From Candidatus Marinacidobacterales bacterium (GTDB lineage: Bacteria; Acidobacteriota; Vicinamibacteria; Marinacidobacterales; SMYC01): DNA of 64,000 nt. The notes under the pieces were generated by a model. It was not told where the DNA came from and did no database searches. It was given only the letters and a program-made list of their open reading frames with translations. Position numbers and translations under genes: made by a program. Every line of letters starts with the position of its first letter. Position 1 is the stretch's first letter. Positions 50,587 to 61,106 of the stretch are shown here, piece after piece. The stretch covers positions 6,752,001 to 6,816,000 of the forward strand of contig OZ250169.1 in the NCBI GenBank assembly GCA_965237955.1, in the 5' to 3' direction.

Positions 50587-51880
50587 AATGGGCGCTCGTG
50601 GGAAACGCGAAGCGTTTTCCAAGCGATTGTGGGTCGTTCAAACGCCGCTCCACGTTTGTGACGTGCTCTCTTCGACGGAGCCTTTCCCTTTCCACGCCCT
50701 CTCGCCCGAGCACCCGTTTGTCTTTCGCGCTGCGGTTGTGTTTGGCCTTGAGAAGGGGAAACTTGGTGTTCTTGAGGTTGCGCCGGGCAGTCCCTTTGAG
50801 CTCGCGCACCAGCTCGCGCCGGGTCTTATCTCGTTCAGATGCGGCGATGTGGAAGCCAAAGATCACCCGTGCCAGCCTTTTTCCAGTTATGTACGGCTCC
50901 CACAATGCGACCGCGAGCCCGCGGCTCTTTGTTCGAGCTTGCGGAAAAACCGCAGCAGCGTCTTGGCCTTGCGCTCCTTTCCATATGGTCTATTACCATT
51001 AAGTACTTGTGGCTTGCGGTAGCTGATCTCGTCCATCCCAATCACCCGCAATCCATCGAGCTCGCGCCGCTCATCCCGCTGCTCGGCAACCACTCGCTGG
51101 ATGATCCGTCGCACCGAACGCCACGTCACTCGGATAACGGCGCTGAAGCCACGCTACCTCTTTTCGAAGCTTTTGGTAAAGCCCGCACCTTTTCTCTGAC
51201 CACTCCACACCGCCGACATAACTCGTCGGATCGAGTAGCGAAGATAGGTCCGGACTCCGAACAGGTCCGTGCCGCCAGTAGCGATTGTAGCGATCTTTGT
51301 TCTTGCGGACCTTTCGTCCGCAAATCCCGCACAGAGGCTTCCTCCTCCGTGGTACTACTCCACCACCACTCTGGCTTTGTCCGCCTGGAAGTGGAAACCT
51401 CGGACCCACAGGCCTTGCAATCCGATGAGCTTGTTGACTAACGTAGTAACGCGCATCGCGGGAACGCTCTTTTCTCTTTCGGGATTCTAGATGCGCATCT
51501 ACACATGGCTTACCCTCTCAACCCACGGGCCTCACCAAATGCCACTGCCCCTCAGCGGGAGACGAGGCTGTGGGAAACGCCCCCACGGTTCTGGTCGTTC
51601 AGACCTTGCTCACGACTGAGTTCTCCGAAGCCTGGAAGGGCGTTTTCCATAGCCTCCACTAATCGAGCCCCCCCTTCCTTATTCCATATGAATTACGCTC
51701 GTGGGAAACGCGAAGCGTTTTCCAAGCGATTGTGGAAAACGCCGCTCCACGTTTGTACGTGCTCACAACCTTTCCCTAAACGCCTCTCTCGCCCGGAGTT
51801 TCCGGCGTTTTCCACAATCGCGGCAGCGTCCATAGGCCATGCCCTCCAACACAAATCAGATCCCCCGAAACGACAGGAGA
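50587..51880 (-). repeat. Garbled second copy of the ISL3 (many short deletions) plus a stem-loop element; probable consensus artefact
   Basis: Co-linear with about 49387-50586 but with many 1-30 nt gaps and few substitutions. Confidence 0.75.
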
Positions 51881-52370
51881 AATCTTTTCTTTGCTCAACG
51901 TCATCGGTGCCGGCTCCGTCGTCGAGAACGGCCGCAAGCGGTAGCGGTAGCGATACTCCTTTGCCGGCAGCGTGTATTCGGGGTGCGTACGCGCACCCCA
52001 GCTCGTATCGCCACCGACGCCCATCTGCTTGTAGTCGAGGTTGAGCGTCACGAGCTCGCGCCGCTTCACATCGGTGGTGTGGCGCTGCCGTTTCGCGTCC
52101 CCGGCATCGAAATCTTCGTTGAGAAACGGATACGCGCTCACATCGAGCATCGGAATCCCCATCGCGAGAAGACCGACACGTTCCGTTGAGAGAAACATAG
52201 TAGGGCGAGCGAAGCTCGTCGTCGGCCAGGGCGGCATCCACGGAGCCGTACGGAATATAGCTTGCGTGGGGCGACTAGCGATGACGCTCGAAGACTTCGG
52301 GGTTTTCCCAATCGGGGACGTCGGGCGTTTGCGCGAGCAGCAGAAGCAATAATGCAAGCGACGAATTCAT
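51881..52370 (-). pseudogene. GH2 beta-galactosidase collapsed by a large internal deletion
   Basis: PDWENPEVF...SLNGT N-terminus joined at about 52178 to C-terminal LNLDYKQMGVGGDTSWGA..HPEY; TAG at 52275. Confidence 0.82.
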
Positions 52371-52423
52371 GCCGGTGATGTTACCCTTGCCGGTCTTTAC
52401 GAGCGAATCGTCACGGAGGATTC

Positions 52424-53989
52424 TTGAATCGGCAATCCATGGTGGAGCGGCTCGGGGCCGCGCCCAAGAGTTGGGACATCATTATTATTGGCGGCGGGGC
52501 CACGGGGCTGGGCTCGGCCATCGAAGCCGCGTCCCGCGGCTATCGTACGCTCCTCGTCGAAGCGGGCGACTTCGCCCGCGGCACCTCGAGCCGCAGTACC
52601 AAGCTCGTTCACGGCGGGGTGCGCTACCTCCAGCAAGGGAACATCTCTCTCGTTCTCGAAGCGCTCAAGGAGCGCGGACTGTTGCGCGACAACGCCCCAC
52701 ATCTCGTGCACGATCTTCCGTTCGTGGTCCCGAACTACGACTGGTGGGAAGCGCCTTTCTACGGTGCCGGGCTCCGGATCTACGACGTGCTCGCGGGGAA
52801 GCTGGGGTTCGGCGTTTCGAGGAATCTCACAGTGGATGAAACGCTCGAGCGCTTGCCAACGCTCGAGACCAAGGGACTTCGAGGCGGCGTCATTTACCAC
52901 GACGGACAGTTCGACGACGCCCGTCTCGCCATCGATATGGCGCAAACCGCCGCGGCGCTCGGGGCCACCGTCGTCAACTACGTCCGCGTCACCGCCCTCA
53001 CCAAATCGAACGACGTCGTGGACGGCGTCGTGGCGCTGGACGAGGAGTCCGGTCATGAGCACGAGCTGAAGGCGAAAGTCGTCATCAACGCGACCGGGCC
53101 GTTCACCGACGCCGTGCGTCGACTCGATGAAGAGGGCGCGAAGCCGATGATCCGCCCGAGCCAAGGCGTGCACCTCGTTTTAGATCGCGCATTCCTACCC
53201 GGCGACAGTGCGATCATGGTGCCGCATACGGACGACGGCCGCGTGCTGTTCGCCATTCCTTGGCACGAGCGGGTCGTCGTTGGAACCACCGACACGCCGA
53301 TCGACGAAGTCTCTTTCGAGCCGCTCCCTCTCGATGACGAGATCGATTTTCTCCTCGAGCACACGGCACGCTACCTCACCAAAGACCCGACCGAAGACGA
53401 CATCCTCAGCGCGTTCGCGGGCATCCGACCGCTCGTAAGCATGAGCCCCGAGGACGACACCGCCGCGATCTCGCGAGACCACACGATCCATATTTCGCGA
53501 TCCGGACTGTTGACGATCGCCGGTGGGAAATGGACCACGTATCGCAAAATGGCCGAGGACACGATCGATCAGGCCGCAACCCTCGGCGCGCTCGAGGAAA
53601 AGCTCTCGATCACCAAGACGCTGCGATTGCACGGCTATCACCAAAACGCATCGCAGTTCGGCGAGTTGGCGCACTACGGCGCCGACGCACCGCTCGTCCG
53701 CGATCTCTTGCGCTTCGACACACGGTTCGACGAGCCTCTCCACGACGACTCCACGGTGAAGGTCGGCGAGGTCATTTGGGCCGCACGCCACGAGATGGCG
53801 CGCACGGTCGAGGACTTTCTCTCACGGCGCACGCGGAGCCTTCTGCTCGGGGCCGAGACCGCGATCGCCATGGCTCCGCGCGTCGCCGCGCTCATGGCGG
53901 AAGAGCTCGCGAGAGACGACAACTGGATACAGAATGAAGTGCGCGCCTTCGAAGAGTTAGCCCGAGGATATCTATGTCGACGTTCGTAG
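52424..53989 (+). CDS. glpD: FAD-dependent glycerol-3-phosphate dehydrogenase
   Basis: IIGGGATG, GTSSRSTKLVHGGVRYL, DGQFDDAR, GGKWTTYR. Confidence 0.95.
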   Translation: MNRQSMVERLGAAPKSWDIIIIGGGATGLGSAIEAASRGYRTLLVEAGDFARGTSSRSTKLVHGGVRYLQQGNISLVLEALKERGLLRDNAPHLVHDLPFVVPNYDWWEAPFYGAGLRIYDVLAGKLGFGVSRNLTVDETLERLPTLETKGLRGGVIYHDGQFDDARLAIDMAQTAAALGATVVNYVRVTALTKSNDVVDGVVALDEESGHEHELKAKVVINATGPFTDAVRRLDEEGAKPMIRPSQGVHLVLDRAFLPGDSAIMVPHTDDGRVLFAIPWHERVVVGTTDTPIDEVSFEPLPLDDEIDFLLEHTARYLTKDPTEDDILSAFAGIRPLVSMSPEDDTAAISRDHTIHISRSGLLTIAGGKWTTYRKMAEDTIDQAATLGALEEKLSITKTLRLHGYHQNASQFGELAHYGADAPLVRDLLRFDTRFDEPLHDDSTVKVGEVIWAARHEMARTVEDFLSRRTRSLLLGAETAIAMAPRVAALMAEELARDDNWIQNEVRAFEELARGYLCRRS

Positions 53990-54020
53990 CCGAGATTGTG
54001 GGAACCGCAGTTCTGATCCC
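53974..54020 (+). pseudogene. glpF: First about 15 codons of a glycerol facilitator (MIP) gene
   Basis: MSTFVAEIVGTAVLI overlapping the glpD stop, then loses similarity. Confidence 0.55.
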
Positions 54021-54123
54021 ATCACGGCAACGAGCACGAGGGCAGCCCACTTCCAACCTGGTCCCTCAGCGTACGGAGATCGACGGCGAGATCTCTCATG
54101 CTCTGTATCGTTCGTCGGAGTCT

Positions 54124-54903
54124 CTAACGCCGTATTGCGACCCAGATTTGATGCGTCGACTTATCATCCATCGGGTTCTCGTCGAAATCACCATACGCGG
54201 CGTCGATCTCGAATCCCGCCTCTTCGAGCAAATTGAAGCTCTGCTCAGGTGTCATCCACGAGAGGTTGATGCGACGGTAGCGCCGGTGGACGACGTTACC
54301 GCCCGCGTCGAGGTCGTCGGTCCAGACGACGATGCGTAGCATCTGATGCTCCGAGTCGCGCGTCGTCGCCTCCCAGAGCAAGATGTCACGGCCGGTCTCT
54401 TGATCGCGAAACTCCGCACGCAGGTAAGGCACGCCGGGCCCGGGAGGATAGCTCGGATCGAAGATGAAGTGGTCGAAGATGAGGCGGCCGCCTCGGCGAA
54501 GTTGGTTGTAGATGTTCGCGAGCGCTTTCTGTTTGTCGTCTTCCGTCAACAGGTGCCCGATACTGTGAAACGGTATCGTGATCAGATCCGCTGGCTCTTC
54601 GAGGACGAAGTCGCGGAAATCACCCTGCACCAGCGTCAGGCGGTTGGACACCCCTGCCTTTTTCGCTCTCGTTTCGCACAGCTCGAGAATCTTGCTGGAG
54701 GAGTCGACTCCGATGACGTCTTTGCCTTGCTTCGCCGCTTCGATACAAATCCGCCCGTTACCGACTCCGAGCTCGACCGCGGGGCCATCGGCGGCCACGA
54801 GCTGGCGCACGTAGAACCCCTGATTCTCCCTGGTGATCGGGGCACTGCCGCACCACACGTCGTAGATCTCGGCGAAGTCGTCGTAGGGGACGCGGGCGCT
54901 CAT
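54124..54903 (-). CDS. Class I SAM-dependent methyltransferase
   Basis: VELGVGNGRI, GVDSS, VQGDFRDF, AGFEI...YGDF. Confidence 0.9.
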   Translation of the reverse strand: MSARVPYDDFAEIYDVWCGSAPITRENQGFYVRQLVAADGPAVELGVGNGRICIEAAKQGKDVIGVDSSSKILELCETRAKKAGVSNRLTLVQGDFRDFVLEEPADLITIPFHSIGHLLTEDDKQKALANIYNQLRRGGRLIFDHFIFDPSYPPGPGVPYLRAEFRDQETGRDILLWEATTRDSEHQMLRIVVWTDDLDAGGNVVHRRYRRINLSWMTPEQSFNLLEEAGFEIDAAYGDFDENPMDDKSTHQIWVAIRR

Positions 54904-55020
54904 TGCACTGGTTTTCCCTAACGTTAGAAGGCGAGCTCTGCTAAAGTTACGGGCTCCCGTCAGGCGATTTCTAACAGAGTATCAGAGGGAGCGTGTCCCC
55001 ACACCCGTTTGGGAGGTCCG

Positions 55021-57126
55021 ATGACTGGTTCGGTGGCAGTGACTCGAAACGGCCCGGTTCGCGTTCTTTCGATCGATAACCCGCCCGTCAACGGGCTCGG
55101 CGCCGCCGTGCGCCGAGCACTCACCGAAGAGCTCGCAAAAGCACTCGACGACGCGGACGTCGAGGCTATCGTGATCGCGGGCCAAGGAAAGATGTTCTGC
55201 GCTGGTGCCGACATCCGGGAGCTCGGGCAAGAGCCACCGCCCGACACGCCACAACTCCCCGACGTGATCGACGCAGTCGAAGCCGCCACCAAACCCGTCG
55301 TCGCCGCCATTCACGGCGTTGCCGCGGGCGGAGGTCTCGAGCTCGCGCTCGGCTGCCACGCGCGGGTTGCCAGCCCGGATGCTCGCGTTGGACTCCCCGA
55401 GGTCACGCTCGGCATCATTCCCGGAGCCGGCGGTACTCAGAGACTTCCCCGCCTCATCGGCGTCGAACCCGCGCTCGATCTCATCGTGTCCGGCAAGCTG
55501 ATCCCGGCGGCCAAGGCCAAAAAGCTCGGCTTCATCGACGAGCTCGTCAATATCAATGTCAGGGGAGACGTCGTCGACGCCGCCGTCGCACACGCAAAAA
55601 CGATCACGACGCTGCGAAGATCCTCCGAAGGTGAGCTCGACGCGGACGAAGCCGTCTTCGCTACCGTGAAGAAAAGCATCGCCAAGAAAGCCCGCGGCTT
55701 CGACGCGCCGTACGCCGCAATCGATGCGGTGCGCGCCGCCACCGAGCTTCCGATGCGTGAGGGATTCGAAAAAGAGCGCGAGATCTTCCTCGGTCTGTTG
55801 AACTCCGAACAAGCTCGAGCCCAGCGCCACGTTTTTTTCGCGGAGCGCGAAGTGGCCAAAGTGCCCGACGTTCCCAAGGACACCAAAACGGCGGATATCC
55901 AACGCGTCGGTATCGTGGGATGCGGCACTATGGGCGGAGGCATCGCGATGAGCTTCGCGGATGCGGGCATCCCCGTGATTGTGTTGGAAAGCGAAGAAAC
56001 GGCACTCGATCGTGGACTCGAAAGGATACGCAGTCTCTACGAGTCGAGCGTCAAGAAGGGTCGGCTCGCGAAAGAAGACAGGGACGCGCGTCTTGCTCGC
56101 CTTCAAGGAACGCTCGAAGCATCCGAGCTCAGCGACGCCGACATCGTCGTTGAGGCGGCGTTCGAGTCGATGGAAGTCAAAAAAGACGTATTCCGCCGCC
56201 TCGACGAAATCTGTAAAGATGACGCCATCCTCGCCACGAATACGTCGACACTCGACGTGAACGAGATCGCGGACGCGACCAAGCGTCCCGAGAACGTAAT
56301 AGGCACGCATTTTTTCAGCCCCGCTCACATCATGAAGCTCATGGAGAACGTGCGCGGCGAGAAGACGTCGAAGGAAACCGTCGCGACGGTGATGAAGCTA
56401 TCGAAGCGGCTCGGCAAAGTCGGCGTGCTCGTCGGTGTGTGCGACGGTTTTGTCGGCAACCGTATGCTTTACGCCTACCGGCGCCAGGCGGATTTTCTCC
56501 TCGAGGAAGGTGCACTGCCGCAACAGGTCGATAGCGCGCTCTACGAGTTCGGGCTTCCCATGGGACCGTTCGCAATGGCGGATCTCGCCGGGCTCGACAT
56601 CGGCTGGGCGATCCAAAAGCGGCAAGCGGCGACGAGGCCCAAAGACCTCCGCTACTCCCCCATCGCGGATCGCATCTGCGAGATGGATCGTTTCGGGCAA
56701 AAGACCGGCGCAGGCTGGTACCGCTACGAGCCCGGAAGCCGTACCCCGATTCCGGATCCCGAAATCGAGAAGCTCATTATCGACGTGTCCACCGAGCTCG
56801 GGTTCGAGCGGCGCACGATCGACGATGCCGAGATCGTCGAGCGCTGCATGTATTCGCTGATCAATGAAGGCGCCAAGATTCTCGAAGAAGGCATTGCGCT
56901 TCGCCCGAGCGACATCGATATCGTGTGGATCTATGGCTTCGGGTTTCCGCGCTATCGCGGTGGGCCGATGTTCTATGCCGATACCGTCGGCGTCGACACG
57001 GTCTACGAGCTCATGGCCAAGCTTTATGAACAGCAGGGTGAGTGGGTGAAGCCCGCGCCGCTTCTAGAAAAACTCGCCAAAGAAGGCAAGAGCTTCAAGG
57101 ACTACGCCGACTCGAATCGAGCATGA
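55021..57126 (+). CDS. Bifunctional enoyl-CoA hydratase / 3-hydroxyacyl-CoA dehydrogenase
   Basis: FCAGADIRE, GGGLELAL, PGAGGTQRLPRL, GCGTMGGGIA, ATNTS, HFFSPA, GFVGNR. Confidence 0.95.
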   Translation: MTGSVAVTRNGPVRVLSIDNPPVNGLGAAVRRALTEELAKALDDADVEAIVIAGQGKMFCAGADIRELGQEPPPDTPQLPDVIDAVEAATKPVVAAIHGVAAGGGLELALGCHARVASPDARVGLPEVTLGIIPGAGGTQRLPRLIGVEPALDLIVSGKLIPAAKAKKLGFIDELVNINVRGDVVDAAVAHAKTITTLRRSSEGELDADEAVFATVKKSIAKKARGFDAPYAAIDAVRAATELPMREGFEKEREIFLGLLNSEQARAQRHVFFAEREVAKVPDVPKDTKTADIQRVGIVGCGTMGGGIAMSFADAGIPVIVLESEETALDRGLERIRSLYESSVKKGRLAKEDRDARLARLQGTLEASELSDADIVVEAAFESMEVKKDVFRRLDEICKDDAILATNTSTLDVNEIADATKRPENVIGTHFFSPAHIMKLMENVRGEKTSKETVATVMKLSKRLGKVGVLVGVCDGFVGNRMLYAYRRQADFLLEEGALPQQVDSALYEFGLPMGPFAMADLAGLDIGWAIQKRQAATRPKDLRYSPIADRICEMDRFGQKTGAGWYRYEPGSRTPIPDPEIEKLIIDVSTELGFERRTIDDAEIVERCMYSLINEGAKILEEGIALRPSDIDIVWIYGFGFPRYRGGPMFYADTVGVDTVYELMAKLYEQQGEWVKPAPLLEKLAKEGKSFKDYADSNRA

Positions 57127-57211
57127 GCTCGAGCTCAGCGTCGAGCACGCGCTTGGTGCCCGGCGGACCAAACGCCGACGGAGCCGCCGTCAACGTGCTC
57201 GAAAATCCTGG

Positions 57212-57246
57212 TGGTGACCAATGGGGGCTAAATCTGGTGACCAATG
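57212..57246. repeat. Direct repeat TGGTGACCAATG x2 (23-bp period)
   Basis: 57212-57223 and 57235-57246, intergenic. Confidence 0.6.
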
Positions 57247-57329
57247 AGCAGGCCCAGTCGTAAACCTCGCAGCAGTAGCTGGATACGCCGACACAACTCC
57301 CGACTCTGCGCTAAGCTATACACAGCCCT

Positions 57330-58160
57330 ATGACAATCGAAAACGAAACCGAAACGACGCCCGAAGCGAATCTGAAACCATGGTTGCTTCTGCTCGGAGT
57401 CATCGTGCTTCTCGCGATGATCGGTCTCGGCTTGATCGGATACCGCGTCCTGGAGCGGCTCGACGCCATCGAGACCCAAGTGTCCACACTCAGCACCCAG
57501 GCTGTCGAAGCGACCGATGCGTCGGAGCGAGCGTTGGCACGAGCCGAGAGAGCAGAACAGGCGGCCCGAGCTGCCGCCGAAGGGCGCCTGCTCGCGGAAG
57601 CAGACTCGGAGCGGGCAGAGGAAGACGCGGAGCTCGCGCGTGACGACGCACGGACGTCGCGCGCGGATGCCGAAGCTGCGCGCGCCGAGGCGGAGCGCAT
57701 CCGCAGAGAGGCCGAGGCGGAGATGAACCGTCTCGAAGACGCGTTGGGACAAATCGCGGAGACGCGTCGCACCGCGCTCGGTCTCGTCATGAACTTGGGA
57801 GAGGACTCGCTCAAGTTCGACTTCGACAAGTCGGAGCTGCGAGCCGGGAACAAAGAGCTTTTGAGCCGCATCGCCGGCATCCTGATGACGTCGTCCGACT
57901 ATACCGTCTCCGTCAACGGGCACACCGATGACGTCGGGAGCGTCGAGTACAACATCGGTCTCTCCGAACGAAGAGCGATCGCGGTACGTAATTACTTCGT
58001 TGAAGCCGGGATCGATGACAGCATTCTCACCGTCGAGGGATTCGGCAAGTCACAGCCCCTCGTGCAAGGAACGTCCGATGAAGCCCGGACGAAGAACCGG
58101 CGCGTCGAGCTCGGGATCGTGAACACCCGCATCAAGTATCCGAGCGCCGTCAGGCGATAG
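57330..58160 (+). CDS. Membrane-anchored coiled-coil OmpA family protein
   Basis: FDFDKSEL, GHTDDVGSVEYNIGLSERRA, KNRRVE. Confidence 0.92.
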   Translation: MTIENETETTPEANLKPWLLLLGVIVLLAMIGLGLIGYRVLERLDAIETQVSTLSTQAVEATDASERALARAERAEQAARAAAEGRLLAEADSERAEEDAELARDDARTSRADAEAARAEAERIRREAEAEMNRLEDALGQIAETRRTALGLVMNLGEDSLKFDFDKSELRAGNKELLSRIAGILMTSSDYTVSVNGHTDDVGSVEYNIGLSERRAIAVRNYFVEAGIDDSILTVEGFGKSQPLVQGTSDEARTKNRRVELGIVNTRIKYPSAVRR

Positions 58161-58175
58161 CCGCAGGCGCGCCCA

Positions 58176-58208
58176 CTTTGCGCCTTTGCGACTCTGCGCC
58201 TTTGCGTT
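58176..58208. repeat. Short tandem CTTTGCG-type repeat
   Basis: CTTTGCGC CTTTGCGA CTCTGCGC CTTTGCGT. Confidence 0.6.
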
Positions 58209-58211
58209 AAG

Positions 58212-58412
58212 AAAAAAAGCCCCGAGCGGTTTCCTGTTAGCCGACGCCGACCCCGGACTGTTCGGCGTCGCGGTGAGCTCTCGTAGCGTCGCTTGCAACG
58301 AGCGCCTGCTGAGCTCACTGAAGGTCAGGCGTCGGTCTACCAAGCTTTCCAAATGTAGCCGGGCCTTCTTCGCAAGGCGTCCGTGGATCGCGACAACGGG
58401 AACGTCTCGGGT
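58212..58412. ncRNA. Candidate about 200-nt multibranched, pseudoknotted non-coding RNA
   Basis: Closing stem, about five hairpins, 8-bp loop pairing and a U7 tract on the minus strand, between convergent genes. Confidence 0.55.
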
Positions 58413-58464
58413 GCGTTCGCTACGACGAAGCTCTTAGTTGCGAGAAGGTCAACCGAATCGCGAA

Positions 58465-61106
58465 CTACACGGCCTTCGAGCTCGCGGAGACACGATAGAG
58501 CTCGGCTTGGAGATGGCTCATTTGTTGATAGCGGTCGTCCGGCCTCTTCTGGAGACAGCGCAAGATGACCTTTTCGAGGTCTTCGGGAACGTCTTGCTGG
58601 ATGGCGCGCGGCTCCGGGGGATCGTCCTGAACATGCTTCATCGCAATGCTGAACGGCGAGTCCCCTTTGAACGGCAACTCGCCGGTGAACATCTCGTAGA
58701 GAACGACGCCCATGGAGTAGAGGTCGCTCCGGTAGTCGAGGTCGCCTTTGCCCTGCGCCTGTTCCGGTGACATGTAGTCCGGCGTTCCTATGACCAGCCC
58801 TGTCTCTGTCATCCCGGATTTTTCTTGTTCACGGACGATGCCGAAGTCCATGATCTTCACGTCACTTTGATGCGTGAGCATGATGTTTTGCGGCTTCACA
58901 TCGCGGTGGACGACGTTCGCCCCGTGCGCGGCCACGAGCCCGGCGGTAGCCTGTTTCGCGATGTGGAGCCCGATGCCCATAGGAAGCGCGCCTCGGCTGC
59001 GGATCAATTGTTTAAGGGTCATCCCCTGGACGAACTCCATAGTGATGAAACGGATCCCGTTCGCTTCCCCGAAGTCGAACGTGCGCACGATGTTTCGGTG
59101 CGTGATCCTCCGCGCCACACGAATCTCGGTCTTGAACCGCTCGAGGATACTCGGATCCATCGATGCGATCTCCGGACGCAACACCTTGAGCGCCACCAGC
59201 TCGTCGAGATCGCGATCGTGGGCTTGGAAGACCATTCCCATGCCTCCGCTCCCGAGAACGCGCCGGATTTCGTAGCGGGTACCGAGCTTCGAGCCAGGCT
59301 CGAGAGACGACAAGGTTACAGCGGGTTCGTCTTCGCTCCGCGCGGCCACACCGTCGACAGAGGTGGGGATGTTCCGCTTCGCTCGCGTGCGCGACTCGGA
59401 GATTTGGGTTTGGCGCGCTGTTCCCGTCGACAAGCTGAACACCGGGACCGGCACATCGAATCCGTGGAGTGCGAGGGGCGAGTGCGGCTCGGCCGCGGTG
59501 CGATCCTTGATGCTCTCGTAGGCGTCTTGCGATAACAACACTTCGCCCGGGTGCGCGTCCGACGCCAAGCGGCCCGCGACGTGGACCACGGGCCCGAGCA
59601 GCGTATAGTCGAGTCGATCGGAGCTACCGACACCGCGCCGAAAACGGCTTCGCCCGAGCTGACACCGATGCTCGGGACCAACGCGTCCTCCCTGTCCGTC
59701 TCGTCCCCCAACTCCATCAGATGTTGGATGGACACGGCGCAGCGGATCGCAGGCCACACACGATCGTCCCCCATGAAGATCGCCATCATGCGGTCACCGA
59801 TGAACTTGTCCACTTGCCCACCGTAGCGCTCGACGAGATCCGCCTGACGGCTGAGCGCTTGGTTCACTCGACTCAGGACTCTCGACGGTTCACTCATCTC
59901 GCCGCGCAAAATCGCATGTGCCTTCAGATCCGAGAACAGCACCGTGACTGGACGTTTCTCTCCGCCGACGTTCGCGGTGGCGTCGGTTCTCCGAATCATG
60001 TCGGCCGCGGATTGCGAGATGAACTTCTCCATGACCTGCTTTTCGCGGAGCTCGCCGAGAAGAGCGCGGAACGCTTTCGCGAGTGTTCCGATCTCGTCGC
60101 CAGAGGTCACTTCCACCTCGCTCTGGTAGTCCCCTTCACGGATCTTGTTCGTCACTTCCACGAGACGCTGGAGGGGTCGCGCTAGCCCACGCGCGAGCAG
60201 ATGGCTGGCAATGGCGGCGAGTGCGACGCCGAGTAGCCCCACAAGAAGGACGCTTCGCTGGAACGCCCGGAAAGGTGCAAGCTCGACATCGCGCGAGCGC
60301 AGCGCCGCGAACAACCCGATTGTCTCCTCGTCGACGGTCGAAAGCGGCGCGAACACCGCTTGATAGGTTTCGCCGGCCAGGTCGATGCGCACATCTTCGG
60401 CGTCCGCGGGCATGGACTCCGATTCGAGCCACGCCGCGAGCGCTTCGGTGCTCTCGGCAAGCGTAGAGCCAGTCTGCCGGTAGCCATCTTCCGTCCGCGA
60501 AAAGAACACGACTTCGCAGTTCGCGAACTTCTTGATACTTACCGCCAGGTCGTTCCCGATCTCGTAGCCGGAGACCACCGCGCCGATGAGCTCGGGACCC
60601 ACGAGAAGCGGTACCGAAACCGCATGGTAGAGTCGATCCGCCTCGCGCCACACGCCGCCCACCTCATAGCCTTCGAGTGCATCCGCCACGAGAGGATCCT
60701 GAGAGAGATTCACACCGGTGAGCGCCGGAAGGTCCGTTCGTGCGACGACACTCCCCCCGTAGTCGGTGATGATCATGAAGTCACTTCCGACCTGGCCGAC
60801 CATGTCGCGCGCAGAGTCGAGCGTTGTCGCTTCGTCCAACTCCGCGACCGCCTCTTTGAAGTAAGGACTGTCCACGATCACCGAGTTGATGAGGGATAGC
60901 TTCTCGACGCGATCGGCCTCGAGGTTCTCGTAGAGATCTCGAGTACCCGAGAGCGCCCTCTGGAGCGATTCCATCGCCAACGTGTTGGCGCGCTGGACCG
61001 AGAACACAAGAAGTGCTCCGCTCAGACCGACGACGAGAACGAGGCAGAGAATGAAAATCTTTGCTTCAAGGCTCAGCCGCGACCAGAAAGAATCAGTACT
61101 TGCCAC
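58465..61106 (-). pseudogene. Periplasmic sensor (Cache-like)-HAMP-class III cyclase-Ser/Thr kinase fusion, frameshift at about 59630
   Basis: 2 TM, DEIGTLA HAMP, VLFSD/DKFIGD cyclase, LGSGGMG, VALK, HRDVKPQN, DFG, GTPDYMSPE; ORFs 59316-61169 and 58465-59757 join at GAV/GSSDRLDY. Confidence 0.85.
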
